A stretch of DNA of 53,753 nucleotides, filler included, from Jimgerdemannia flammicorona (taxonomy: Eukaryota): NCBI GenBank assembly GCA_003990765.1. It is 3 parts of 3 records of this genome, joined end to end, with 100 filler letters (N's around TTAATTAATTAA, not from the genome) between each part and the next. Parts side by side here need not be neighbours in the genome. Positions count along the whole stretch, not along the records: positions 35,907 to 53,753 come from RBNJ01002385.1; 2 more parts are not named here. The stretch is one strand, 5' to 3'. Shown one piece after another: positions 37,790 through 50,849 of the stretch. The notes under the pieces are model-generated. The model ran no database searches. It saw only the letters and a program-made list of their open reading frames with translations, and was not told the DNA's origin. How positions within the stretch are numbered: position 1 is the first letter of the stretch; every line of letters begins with the position of its first letter. The position numbers and the translations under genes were made by a program.

Positions 37790-38149
37790 TCTTTCTCCTG
37801 AATAAGGATCTTCTTGAGTGTCCTTATTTATTAGTCCAATCCTGAAAAATTTGCTGATCTCATAACCTCTGGTAAGGGGTCGAAAAGTGATATTTATGGG
37901 CTGGTGTCTTCCCTTTGTATTTTGGTATGATGGTGAAGAGTTGCTCTCTTCATATAGAGCAAGGGTCTGATTCTGATCTTGACCAATCAGTTGATAGTTC
38001 AAACTCCTCTGGCTTTGAAAGTCTCATAGATGAGTAGTTGCTGGTGTCATATCTCTTAGAGAATGGTCCAGATAGATAGCCTGCTAATTATGGGACATAC
38101 TGTTATGATTTACAGACTAGAACCTTATGGGTGGTCATTATGTTTTACT

Positions 38150-41100
38150 TCTCTTGTATAGGTTTGTGATACTTCTTGAGTCTGTTCCTATGTACTATGG
38201 TAGGCAGTATAGTCCCTGAGATTTTTCTAAGCCAGAAGGTAGTTCCCTTGATATCTTGCACATAGAAGGGTTCTTCCTATTTGGGCTCCAGTTTTTGCAA
38301 CCATGAGGCTTCTACCATATTTTGATACAGTAGGATCTTTTCTCTGATTTGGATGGGTTCTAGGGTCTTGTAATTCTTTTCTGCATTCTTCCTTATCAGT
38401 ACTTGTAACTTGATAATGTAATCTTCAGCCTTCTTTCTGATTTGGTATAGTCTCTGGATTTCTGCATCAATCCATCTCCAAGTTAGGTCTAGATTTGTGA
38501 CTGAGGTTCTATCAGAATCTTCTTCTCTGAAGAGCAGTTCTCTTGGGGTAAAGTGTGTGCTCTGTGACTGTATGTCTCATAGGACAGAGAGGGTAGTTGG
38601 GAGGTAGTTATCCCAATTCTCATATGTCTCTGAGATTTTTGCCAGGATGTTCTTGAGGGTCTTATTGGTTCTCTCTATCTGTCTATTTCCTTAAGGGTGG
38701 TATGCAGTGGTCTTGATGTGCTGGATCTTGTATTTCTAATATATTATCTCATGGAATCCATTGACAAATTCTGTACCATAGTCTGTTGTGATTTGCTTTA
38801 GTGTCTTATAGCAGCAAATGATTTCTCAGTACAGGAAGTCAGCTATAGAGAGGGTATTGGCTTCTTATAATGCTCCTGCTTCTATCTATTTGGTAAAGAG
38901 GTCTACAATAACTATAATATAGTAGTTTCCTAATAGTATTACTGATAGTGGCCCAATGATATCTATTGCAATATGGTAGAAGGGGATAGGCTCAATTCTT
39001 GATAATCCAGATACCTAGTCATGCTGATCTTGTTTCTGTTTTTGGCACTTGTCACACTCTTTGACAAATTGGTACAGGTCTTCTTCCATTTTGGGCTACC
39101 ACATGGTTCTTCTTGCCTTATCATATATGTTGGTTCCTTTTAAGTATCCTTGCTCATGTACTTTCTTCATTATTTGATACTTCTTGTGTTTGAGTATTAC
39201 TAGCTTTCCTTCTTTTCTAAGTATAGTATTGTCTAGTTCAAACTGTTTCCAAGTCCAGTTGATGATAGTAATTGTCCAGAGTTTGAGGTGGTTGGGCATC
39301 TTCTACTGCCCAAGATAGCTAATTAATCCATAGTATAACTCCTTATTCATGTTGAATAGTCTTGATGGGGGTATTTTGGGGTGTCCTTGAGAGTGCATCA
39401 GTATTGGTATTGGTTCTTCCTGAGTGGTGCATAACAGTACAGTCATACTCTTGCAGCCTGTAGATCTATCTGACATATATTTCTTTGGGGTTCAGAGTAT
39501 AGAATAGCCAGGTAAGAGCAGAATTATCTGTTTGAATGGTGAAGTATTTCCCAGCTAGGTAGTAGTAGAACTTGTCTACTGCCCAAACTACTGCTAAGCA
39601 TTTAAGCTTACATAACTCATAGTTTTGTTCTGCTCCATAGATACCTCAGCTTGCATAGGAGATGACATATTTATATCCATCTTTCTTCTGAGCTAGAACT
39701 GTTCCAAGTCCTATAACACTTGCATTTGTCTGCAGGATGAATTCTAGGTTCCAATCTGGTCTTCTGAGAATAGATACTTAGGTCAATCTGGTCTTAAGTT
39801 CATTGAAGGTTTCTTGGTATTCCTTGGTCCATTTGAATTTGGTTTCCTTCTTCAGTAGCTCATAGATAGGTGCTATAATGTTGGAGTATCCTTTGATGAA
39901 TCTTCTGCAGTAGCTGGCCAGTCCAAGGAAGGCATGGACTTCTGTAGTTCTTCTGGGTCTCAGATAGGCTACAATAGCCTCAATCTTTATGGAGTCTGTG
40001 TAGATTTCTGTCTGATTGATGAGGTGTTCTAGATAGGTGATTTTCTGAGCTGCAAACTTGCATTTCTTAGGCTTGATATAGAGGCCATACTCCTTGAGCT
40101 TCTTGAGGGCTAGCTGTATGTGATTGACATGTTCTTGTGTAGTATTGCTGAAGATGATCATATCATCAACATAGATAAAGAGCTATTTTCCAATCTTGTT
40201 GCTGAAGACTCTGTTCATCATTTGCTAAAAACTTACTAGGGCATTGCATATTCCAAATGACATTTGCAGGTAGATATAGGTAGTGTCAGGTGTGACAAAG
40301 GCTGATTTCTTACTGGTATCTTGAGTGAGACTAATCTGATGGAAGCCTGAGAACAGATCCAAGGTAGTGTAGTATTTGGCTTCACTTCCAAGGGTGGTAA
40401 GGATTTCTTGAATATTTGACAAGGGCTGCCTATCCTTCTTGATGATTGCATTGAGCTTTCTGTAGTCAATACAGAGTCTTGGTGCAAACTCTCTAGACTT
40501 GCTTCCTTTCTTTGAGGCAAGGACAATGGGTGAAGCCCAGAGACTGATAGCTTGCTTGATGATTCCAGCTTCTTTCATTTCCTTGAGTTCTGCTCACAGC
40601 CATTCTCTGTAGACAGGTGGTATGAGTCTGGCTTTCTGGTAGATGGGCTTAGTATCACCAGTATCAACTTTGTAGTAGTACTTGGGTTCTTGATTGTGGA
40701 TATCCCTGAAGTCTGTAGTAAGTATTCCTTCGTTCTGATGCAGGATCTTGAGAAGTTATTCTTCCAGGGGAAAGTTTTCTCCAATAGTATATGTATACTT
40801 GTTCTGGTCCTTGTCTTTCTTGTGCTCAAGTTCAGTAATCTTGATGTGGCATAGGCTCCTCTTCTAGTAGATCTAAAGCCTTGTTCTCCTCTCTTGGTCT
40901 TGATGAATTTGATGGCTTTAGTGATCTTGGGTTTCTTGATTTTGTAGATCAGCATCTGGCCAATCCTGTCATACTTCTTGACTTCAAATGGAGTGGTGGG
41001 GTTGTGATTCCTAACTATAAGAAAGATCTTGTCAGTGTAATTAGGGTCAATTACTCCTTCTTCAACTGAGATTTCACTTTTGGCTAGACTGCTCCTGGTC

Positions 41101-43430
41101 TTGATAATTCTGGTATGGTTCTCTGGCAGCTTGACTCCAATTTCAGTACCAAGTAGGGTAGTGGTCTGGGGTTCAAGGGTAGCATCTTGAATACTGGTAA
41201 GGTCCATTTCTATGGCTCCTTCAGTCTTGTATTCTGGGATCTTGGCTTTGGGGTGAAACTTCTTAACCTTGAGGGTTGTGTCTGATTCTTGTTCCTCCTC
41301 ATCATCACTATCAGCCTGACACTCTGGAGGTTGATCATCTTCTTCAGCTTTTCTTTTTGCTTCAGCTGCTTTTTGCTCATACTTCTGTTGGTGGATTTTC
41401 CTGACTTTACTGATACAGGACCAGTAGTCATTTAGGTGTTCAGAGCAGTACATCCTAGTACCATGGGGGCATCTTCCTTGAGGGGTATAGCCATTAATGA
41501 TCTTGTTGTACCACTGCTCATCTGTGAGCTTGGGTGTCTTGTTCTTGTTCTTATTCACTAAGTGCATAAAGACTTCTGTGTCCTCTTCATCTCCTTCCTC
41601 CATACTGATAGGACTCCTTTGTGGACATTAATAGAGACTTGTACCTTTCTTCCTCTATAGTTGATCTGCATCTTCTGGGCATTGAGGTCAATGATGGCCT
41701 TGGTCTTGTGAAGCCATTGATTGCCGATGAGGATGTTATAGTTGGTGGTACTTGTAACAATCACATCTATTGGGATGGTAGTTTCTCCTATCTTGATGGG
41801 GATTTCTTGGATTTTGTCAAAGGAGGTAGCTCATGTACTATCTGCTGTAACATAGACCATCTTGGTGGACTCTTCAATATCCCAACCTAGGTGGTCAATT
41901 GTCTTCTTGCTCATAAGGCATCCTTCAGCACCAGTATCAATGATGGCATTAAAGATACAGTCTTCAATTTGACATAGGATATAGGCTGATGTCTTGCACT
42001 GGTCTTCAGATTCTTTGTCTAAGTCTTTGGATTCTTCTTGTATATTGTGAGCCTCTACAATCTTGTACTCTTGATTCTTGGTGGTAGTTGCAAGTCCTAC
42101 TCTCAACTGTTGTCTGAAGACAGGGACTTCAGCTAGTTGTTCAAAAGTAGCATTGACCTTCTGTTCCTTGAGGTCCTTATAGATATTATACTGGTGGATC
42201 TTGGTCTTGTACAGCTTCTGTTCCTTCTTGCTTTTGCTTTCTTCTGAGACTAGAGTAGTGACTTCTATGATTTGGTGGGCTGCTTTATCTAACTCCATGT
42301 CTTGATCAATCTCCTTAGGTTGAGTCTTACTTTGAATAGTGACAGCTGGAGTCTTCTTTGGTCTTCCAACTGGCTTGCTGTTGCTCTTCTTATCATAGGG
42401 CTTGAACTGGGTTCTGGTATCTTCAGTAGCAGGGTAGAACTTGAGCTCCTCATAGTATTCTTCATTATCAGTGTCACCAATTTCCTCGATGACTACTGCA
42501 TTGGTTTGTTCTCTGGTTCTACTAGTATTGCTTGGTTGGGCCTTATATCTCATTTCAGTCATGCAATTCTTTACATAGTAGCCTTCTTCTCCATATCTGA
42601 AGTATGTAATATTGTATTCTTCTGTAGTAGCTACAAATCTCTGCACTGGTCTCCTGTTGATACTTTGGACTTCTCTAACAACATCACTAAGGTGTGTAGT
42701 CATCTTGGCAAACTACTTGGTGAGTTTCTCTACTGGGTCAGCTTTGGCTGTCTTGGGGGTAGGTGGGGATGGTTGTCTGTTTACAACTATAGCAGGTATA
42801 ATACTGATTGGCTTCAGTGACTCTATCTTGATGCCAGTTATTTTCTCTATTGAATGTTCAGCAGAGTGTCTGGCAGTCCAATATCTCTGTGCAAAGACCA
42901 CTTTCTAATCAAGGGTTAGTACAGCTGGAATAGACCAGATTGCTAGGGCAATTTTAGAGTGAACTCCTTTGAGGAAGGTTGAATCCACTATTTGTTCCTT
43001 GAGGGCATCATCATAGCCAGCCAAGACAATCTGGTGGCAGATTCAGGTATAGAATAAGTTAGGATCTTCACTAAGTCTCTGGCAGATAGTATTGAGTTGA
43101 TCTTTGAGAGCTTGCTTGATCTCTTCAGTATAATATATTGTTCTGAGGAAGGCCTTCATGTTGGCAAGTTTAGCTGTACTATTATCAGCAATAGTGGCTA
43201 TATTGAACTTATCTCTGGTAGGTCCTCTGAGACTAACTAGTAGAAGGGCCAAATGTATATCTACACCAAGGGCTCATATAGTGGTGAATTGTTCAAAGTC
43301 TTCAATGAAGATCAGGATTGACTCTTTAGTAGTATATCTATAGAATATGGGGGGATGCATTTCCATCTTATCTTGAATTTTTGCAGAGATGACTCTTGTA
43401 GTCAGAGTAGTTGTTGTAGGGGTTGTTCAT
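38150..43430 (-). pseudogene. Ty3 B gag-pol
   Basis: Decayed knuckle YFRYGEEGYYVKNC, AIIDTGA, SLWASPIVL, LDLFSGFHQI, YVDD near 40165, FLGLASY, DIIGPL, W*EEPFY. Confidence 0.92.
40862..41275 (-). pseudogene. dut: Trimeric dUTPase domain in Ty3 B pol
   Basis: AIEMDL, TRSSLA, GVIDPNYTD, DRIGQM, RGEQGFRST. Confidence 0.9.
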
Positions 43431-43486
43431 TTTTTAGCTTGAAAGTGAGGGATTCGTCTTGAATCACCAGTCAATGAGTACCAAGT

Positions 43487-44486
43487 TGTTACGTAGTAGT
43501 CACTGAGTTCTTCAAATATGCCAGATTCTCTTCAAGATATATCTCTTAGACTAACTCAAGTTTGTTATAAGCAAGTTCTTATTGGAGTACCTTCCCAAGG
43601 TCTTATAGTCCTCAAACTTCTTATCTTTAAACTATCTTGTTATCTCTTAGATTGCTTGCAAGAAAGTGTGTGTATTGCACTGAGAGGAACTAACTTTATT
43701 TCAGAGGAAATAAGAGAGGTATTTATACAAAATATAATTCAATGGTTGCTAAGATATAAAGCTAAATATAAATTCCAATAACTAAAATAAAATGCCAGGA
43801 CAGGAAAAACTACTAAGTTCTAGGGTCAGTACTGATGGTTGTATAGGTTCAGGATGCTGGTATAATTTGGTGTCACATCAGAATACCAGTGCTGACATTA
43901 TTTAGTGTTACATCAGAATGCTGGTACTGACATTATTCTGTATAACTAAGAAACTTAGAGCAGAATGTTCAGGACCATGGAGGCTTCATCATTAGAGGTC
44001 AGGATGTCTTTGAGGGAGATGAGGTCCATGAATTCATCATCATCACATAGGTTGTATATTTCATATACTTCACATGCTTTATGTGCTTCATCACATGTCT
44101 CATATATGTCATATGGGATAATGTCATCACTGATGATGTCATCATGTTTGGTGGTAGGAAGGAGGCCTGGGGCTCTCCAGTCTATGAGGTTCTCTTCCAC
44201 AAAATAGGAAACAAATGTGAGGTCTTAGAGAGGTCTAACCTGGATGCTTGGGCCTTGGAATACTGAGATCAATCCTTACAGGAATTGGTCTGAGTTGTCC
44301 TGGAGGATGGGATGTCAGAAGTCTTTTACTTTATTACTATTGAGAGTGATAGTAGACTAGGCTTCTGTAGCCACCCTGGCTTTTAGTATATTAATATAGC
44401 AGGATGACAGATCTCTGAAGTCTGAGACTCTAATATACTCTAAGTTGGGGATTGACCATGGTGCATGCCTGAAGATCTGATAGATC
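43487..44486 (-). repeat. 5' LTR of Ty3 B, part 1
   Basis: Matches 36261-37214. Confidence 0.9.
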
Positions 44487-44549
44487 TTTTTTTTTTTTTT
44501 TTTTTTTATAGTCTCTTGGACTGCCCTTTATTACTGCCATCTATAATTC

Positions 44550-47500
44550 TAACAATACAATGTCACCCCAAACCCTCAACCAATGCCCCATGGACCCAAC
44601 TCTCCCCCCTCAACCTCTCCCTGCCCTAGCACAACCCAATCACCCACTATCTGAATCCTCCTACTACTCTTCCAGGAGATACACTATATCAAACTCCAGT
44701 GATTCCCCCCACTCAGCCCCCACCCTTGCCACCAGCTATTCAAAATGTCCAATAATTACCATTCCTAATGTGCTACCTTATCTCCAACTCCAACCCACTA
44801 TCCCTCTTCAAATACATGAACCCAATGCCCAGCCAACCCAACCCACATGGCCAGAGCCCAACCAAGGATCAGCCATTCATCTCCAACCCCACCCAACAGT
44901 CTCTGGCAGAGCTTTTCCCATCTCTCCCCTTCCCCTCCCTCCAAGGCACACAGCCCTAACTGGTCTATGATATATCTCCAAAACTCCTCCAAAACCTCGC
45001 ACTCACTAAGCCAATGTTCAGGCATTTGTACCACTCCTCCCTCCTGACCAACATTGAAACACTCCTCACACTTGAATACTCCACCATCCACCAAGTATCC
45101 AGACCAATAGTTCAATATTACATTCTGCTATAGGACTTGCCACCACACCACCCAGCACTTGGGGGGCAGCCACTACCTCACTCACTTGCTCTAAAGCCAG
45201 AGACCATGCCAATCCTACTCCTCACCAATTCCAACCCTCTGCCAGACTTTGGGCCACAGGTCTCTACCCAAGCCCTGCAGATACTCCAAATCCTTGCCAA
45301 GTTGAAAATCCTCCACCGGAATACCACCCAGCAAAAGCCTGTCCCACCACTATATCTGCAGTCCCCAATCCTCCTCGGCTTTCTCACCTCACTACCAAAG
45401 TCCAATTTTCTTAGTGCTATCCACCACCCCCCACCAGAAGTTTGTAAACTGCATCCTCCTGCTCCCATCCATGGCCACCATTGCAAGCAGGTCACCAGAG
45501 GTACCATGAGGGGAATACTGAACCTCTCACACTCTCTGCATGAGTGGCACCCACTCCTGGCCCCTTAGCTCACTTGTCCTCCTCAACCACCAAGCTCTCA
45601 AGCAGTGAAGCTGCTTAGTAAAGTCAACTAAACCCAGCCCACCTCTTTTCATGGACATCGTGAGCATCTCCCAACCCACCTGGCTTCGCCGCCCTCTCCA
45701 GATCCATGACCTCACTATCTTCAACAGCCCCCTGACCACCCAAGGTGGGAAATCCAAATGATATCCTACATACTACAGCTTCAGCATCCAATATATATTC
45801 AGCACCATCACCCTTCCAGCTAGGGACATATGTCAACCTTCCCATCACAGCAGAACATTTCCCCACTCCAGAAGTTGTCGATTCCACCAAGTACAGGAAA
45901 GAAGAGATCTGAATACCAAGAAGTAGATCCCCAAATAATGTACTGGTTCACTAACCAGCACCACTGTCCCAATGATATCACCACCAACAATTCCAGCACC
46001 CAGCACCAGAGTCTCACATTTGTACCAGTTTAGTTTAGCACCAGAACCCTTCTCATACCATTCCACAGACCTCTGTAACTCCCCCACATCTATCAAGGAG
46101 CTCAGCCCAATCACCATATCATCAGCAAAGGCCCCCACCTTCTAATTAATTCCAAAAATGTCCAAACCCCCAATCTGACACTGAATCCTTTCCAGTAGGG
46201 GCTCCAAGGAGAGGGCATACAATATGGAAGACAAAGGGTCCCCTTGCAGCACCCCATACCCCAGGGAAAAAGTTACCCCCCTGTGGCCATTAATGACCAA
46301 TGCTGCCTGACTATCCTCTAAGAGGCTGATCAATGATCTTCAGAACCCCAGGGGGATACCAATCCATTTCAGCACTCTCTCTAACCAGATCCTCCGCACT
46401 CTATCATATGCCTTCTCTTGATCCAGAAATACCAACCAGCCATCCACCCCTGCAGCCTGGGCACCTTCAATTACTCCATATACCCAAGCTATCCCATCAC
46501 AAATCAAATGGCCACTGACAAACCCACACTGCTCCACTCTAAGTATCTGCTGAGCAATTCCTTGCAGCCTCATCACTAAGATCTTTGTCACCAGTTTGCG
46601 GTCCATGTCAAGTAGCATGATCGGCTGCCAGTTCTTCCAATCTTCCCACCTCCTCTTATTCTTGTAGAGCAAGGAGACGAGCCCTAGGTGCTGGCCCCCA
46701 ATCTAAGACCCAGACCAAAGAACCTCATCACACATAGTGGTCATTTCCTCAAGCACCTCACCCACCCCAGCCATCTTCTTCCAAAAATCCCAGAGAAGTC
46801 CATCCTCCCCTAGAGCCATCCCCTTACTTGTCGAGGCCACAACCTTACAAATCTCCTCTCCACTCACTAGGTCTCCCAAAGCCCCTAGGCCCATTGCAGG
46901 GTTCGGATGCCAATCCCCCAGCTGCCTTTCAATGTCCAAAGCATCTACTCCTCCTTCCTCCTCACTCCATAGATTCTCCCAACAGGTTCTCAGTAATCCC
47001 AGAATTGCCGGAGTCCCCACCACCAGCTCACCATTCATATTCAGAACTCCCTCCCACTACTGCTTCATTCATTGTGCTTGTAACAACCACATCAAAAACC
47101 TAGTAGGCCTCTCCCCCTCCTCAAGCCCCTACTACTGCAGTTGGGTCACTATCTCCTCCTCCTCTTTTCATAACACACCTTTAAGCTCCTCCACCTCCTT
47201 TTGGATTCTCACAATATGCCAATCAGTCACCTCCCCATTTTCTAGCACACCTGCCCATCTCCCTATGAGTACTGCCAGATGTTGTGAGGCCCACAGTACC
47301 CTCCACCATCACTGGGCACACCTTCCTTTCCCTGCTTCCCTCCAATATCCCTGAGCATTTACCTTCAGTCTCCTCCAATGGTCCCCAATCCCCAGGCCCT
47401 GTTCCTGCCATCTTCCGATATTCCTGATAACCTCTATTTCCCAACCCTCCCACAAAGTCCTATCCTCTAACAAGGAGGAATTCAGCCACCAATGTCCAGG

Positions 47501-48227
47501 CCCATCCTCACTTCTCCCAAACCTCCCCCCTCCAAGCAGCCCCCAATGATCAGACCACAGACACTAAACAACTTCCAGCACCATCCAGACATCGGCTCCC
47601 CAGCACTCTGCTGTCAAAACCCAGTCAATCCTGGAGCCCAGCCCTGCTACCCAGTGGGTGTATACTTGCTGATTGTCCCAAAACTGTCTCCCCAACTCCA
47701 CTAAGGAACTCAACCTCTCTGTCTCCAACCAGTCACCCAACCCACCACTTTCGCTCTGCATGCCTCTTCCACCATCTGTTCTATCTATCTCCATATCCCA
47801 TACCATATTGAAATCACCCCCCATGCAGTCTAACCCCACCTCTCTCAAGACACTGGCCTCATTCAACCTGCAAATCCAATCCACTCTCTCCCCTCTCTCA
47901 GCCGGGCAGTAACAAGACCCAACTGTCAATGAGTCCCATCCAGGCCTCTTCTACACTTCCTACACCACCTGAGACCCCCAGTGTCCAATGTCTCTAATGT
48001 CCCCCATCCCTTTCCAAATGAGAATACCCACTTTCCCCCTCTATACTGCTGCCCCCCCCCCATTCCTTAGTCCAATCCTATAAATCTACATCTGCCTCAT
48101 AATGAACATTCTGTAACAAGAAGAGGTCTGCATCCAGTCCCCTAAGCTATCCAAATATATACTTCCTCCTAGCTGCCCCCTGTAATCCATTTACGTTCAA
48201 AGAGAATATCCTAGTTGTACTGTTCAT
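44550..48227 (-). pseudogene. LINE ORF2 (AP endonuclease, RT, zinc finger)
   Basis: FSLNVNGL, MGGDFN, SRIDW, WQPIMLL, LDQEKAYDRV, QGDPLS, AFADD, CEEC...EHWLSEC. Confidence 0.9.
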
Positions 48228-48239
48228 ATTGAAAGAATG

Positions 48240-50160
48240 TTACAATAGAGACCCCAGCCTAGTATTCCATGCTCATCTCATTCCCAGCCAGATCCAGGCA
48301 CTATTCAGCTTCCAAGTCACCCTCTACATTAGCCTGAGCATCCAGTGCCTCCAAGATTTCTTGACATTCCACCCTGTCCACTACCTCCATCTCCAACTGA
48401 TAGTCTATACAGACTGCATGTCACTTCTCTAGTCCCTTCCTCAAATTCCACAAGTAAGTTGCCCTGTCACTCACAATCCTCCTAAGTTCCTCTTCTCTCT
48501 GATCATCAACTTGATATTCAACCAACTCCAGGAGAACAGCCAGGATCTTGTTCCTCATCTTCCTCAGCACCTCTTCCCCCTATAGGATCTTCTCCCAATG
48601 CCTCTCTTCCATAACCCTGAAATCCTCTCCCTCCAGCTCTTCTGCTGCTACCCCTTCTAGGGTCTTCCACATCCACTTCTCCTCATCCACTACCTCTGCC
48701 ATACCCTGAATGATTTGTCCCCCATCTACCTTGGGGTCCACCAGCATGCTTCTCCTTACTGACTCATCCCACTCCTCATCCAGTACATCCAGCAGCTCCT
48801 CCTCCCCCTCAGCTCTACCTGAGACACTATACTAAGGGTGTACACCTTTGCTCATTTCCGCATCTGCCTTCCCTCTCCTCCTCCACTCCAATCTGAGCCC
48901 CACCCTGGGCCCTTTTGCCCCCCTCAGCCTAGATGCTCCCCTGCAAACCCACACCCCCCTCCCCTGAGCTCCCACCAGCTCCACCCCCACCCAACTTCAC
49001 CAGCAGCTCCTTCTGGATCTTCCTCCCCTGCATCTTCTCCCAGGCCCCTCTCTCCATCTGGACCCTCTTCCCATCCACCTCCCCCACCACTGTCCTGGCT
49101 TCAAACTCCTTCCAGGCCAATCTCCTCCTCGCAACTGCCCCTTCCAGATCCTCCAGAGCCCCTAACAGGTCTTCCTCCTCCTCCTGGGTCCCCTTCACCC
49201 TTGTGACCTTGTACTCCACTGGTCCCTACTGCAGCATTGTCAGCTAGTCCCTCAACTTTCCTATAATCTCCTTTCTAGCCAACTTTATCCTGACATTGAC
49301 ATCACCAGTCCAAAGCTCCATACCCTCCCAGACCTTGAACCCAACATCCACAATCTCTCTATACTCCTTGATTTCCTCCACAACCAACTCTCTGATCCTC
49401 TCCTTTGATAATATAGGGAGATCTAACACTGTCAACTACACCACTTGGGGGTCCCAATACATGCATCTGGCCATAGGAATCACAATCCCACCAACTGTCA
49501 CCTCTTTCTCCAAGGCTGCCAGCAAGGTATCTTCCTCCTCAAACCCCACCTCGACCCCTTCCTTCCCCTTCAAAAACTTCACCAATACTGCTCCTTTTGC
49601 CTTCTATACTACTAGTCCCAGAATCATCCTTATCGTTACCACCAAGCCTTGGAAACACATTGTGACCATGAATTCTGATCTCAACTTCTTGAGTAATGGG
49701 ACCGACACCATGCCTGTCATTCCATCTGCCAGGTCCCCAGGCCTTGTACCCACTCCATGTCCTGAATTATCAGCCACCATCACATCTGGATTTTTTGCCA
49801 GATCCTCAGTCACAGCTCCATCAACAGTCATATCTCCAGCCCCTACTCCTGCTCCTCCTCTACCATCTGAAACTCCTCTGGGCACACCTCCCTGTCTCCC
49901 ATCAGTAGCTGTCAATGCCTTCCCCAGGCCCAGCCAACCATCTAGCTCTGAGGTCATCTTCCCCATTCTGACCTTGTCAGCAAAGGTTGACCTCTCCCCT
50001 CCTCTCTGCCTCAGACTGCCCCTCCCTCCACCACCAGAGCCCTGGCTAGCCATCAAGGCCCCCAGCATCCCCAAACCATCTCTCTTCCTCCCCACCTGCT
50101 GCTAGCCAAAGGTACTGTCACCCCCCTGGCCAGTATACTCACCAGTTCGATCATTGCCAT
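48240..50160 (-). pseudogene. LINE ORF1
   Basis: Position upstream of ORF2. VLDLPILSKE...WTGDVNVRIKL and Glu/Arg-rich coiled segments. Frameshifted. Confidence 0.65.
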
Positions 50161-50271
50161 CTATGTCGATAGTTGTCAGATACCAAAAACATAGTAAAAA
50201 GTATTGTCTGAGTCTTGTATCACCCAAATATTACTGGTGAAAGATACATTGAACTTGTTGTCTGATGGATC

Positions 50272-50831
50272 TTCTTAGCTGTCTTTGTTTTGTATATATC
50301 CATAAAAGTGGCATCTTATAGCTCTTGAGGGCTGGCTTGTGGGAACTCCCAGTAGAGGAGGTTTCCTATTTCATACTCCTGCCACATTTGGAGGCATTTG
50401 GTAGCAATGGTGATCCTTGTTTCTATTTTATAGTAGTAGAGGATATAATGATAAGGGTCACCAGTACCCAGATTGACACTAGGAGTCCTTCTTGAGCAGG
50501 TCTTCATGGCTCTTCTGATGTCTTGGAACATCCTTTCTTCAACTGAGATGCCTTGGTGGTTTCTTGATCTTGAGGTTTGACAAGTAGCAGGTATTTTGTA
50601 GTAAGTCTTTGAGCTATTTTGAGATTGGTGGGTCTTGTTGGTTGCTGTTACTGTGGTTTCTTAATTCTTCTTTTATATTTCTTAAGATACTCATACTGTG
50701 GTCACAATGACTCACAGTTGGTCATCATTGCTCATCTCATATATCATATGATCTTCTTGTGCTCTGATCTGGTGGCTTGTGAGGAAAGGCTGTCTCCTGA
50801 ATTAATGTATTATTCTGGGGTCACTATTACA
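50272..50831 (-). repeat. 5' LTR of Ty3 B, part 2
   Basis: Matches 37215-37789 and ends TATTACA. Confidence 0.9.
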
Positions 50832-50849
50832 ATATCCAAATAAGATCAA

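Larger units (their letters stand above)
44487..50260 (-). mobile_element. Full-length L1/Tx1-like LINE copy 4
   Basis: Poly(T) from 44487. TSD TCTGATRGATC at 44476-44486 and 50261-50271. ORF1 ~50160-48240 and ORF2 from 48227. Confidence 0.93.
36261..50831 (-). mobile_element. Ty3/gypsy LTR retrotransposon B (gag-PR-dUTPase-RT-RH-IN), degenerate, with a LINE in the 5' LTR
   Basis: ~1.5-kb LTRs, 4-bp TSD ATAT, PPT at 37790-37800, TGG-starting PBS-like site near 43465-43483. Confidence 0.93.

Noticed and set aside
46737..50105. Ser/Pro/Thr-rich plus-strand ORFs
   Set aside because: Antisense shadows of the purine-rich LINE coding strand.
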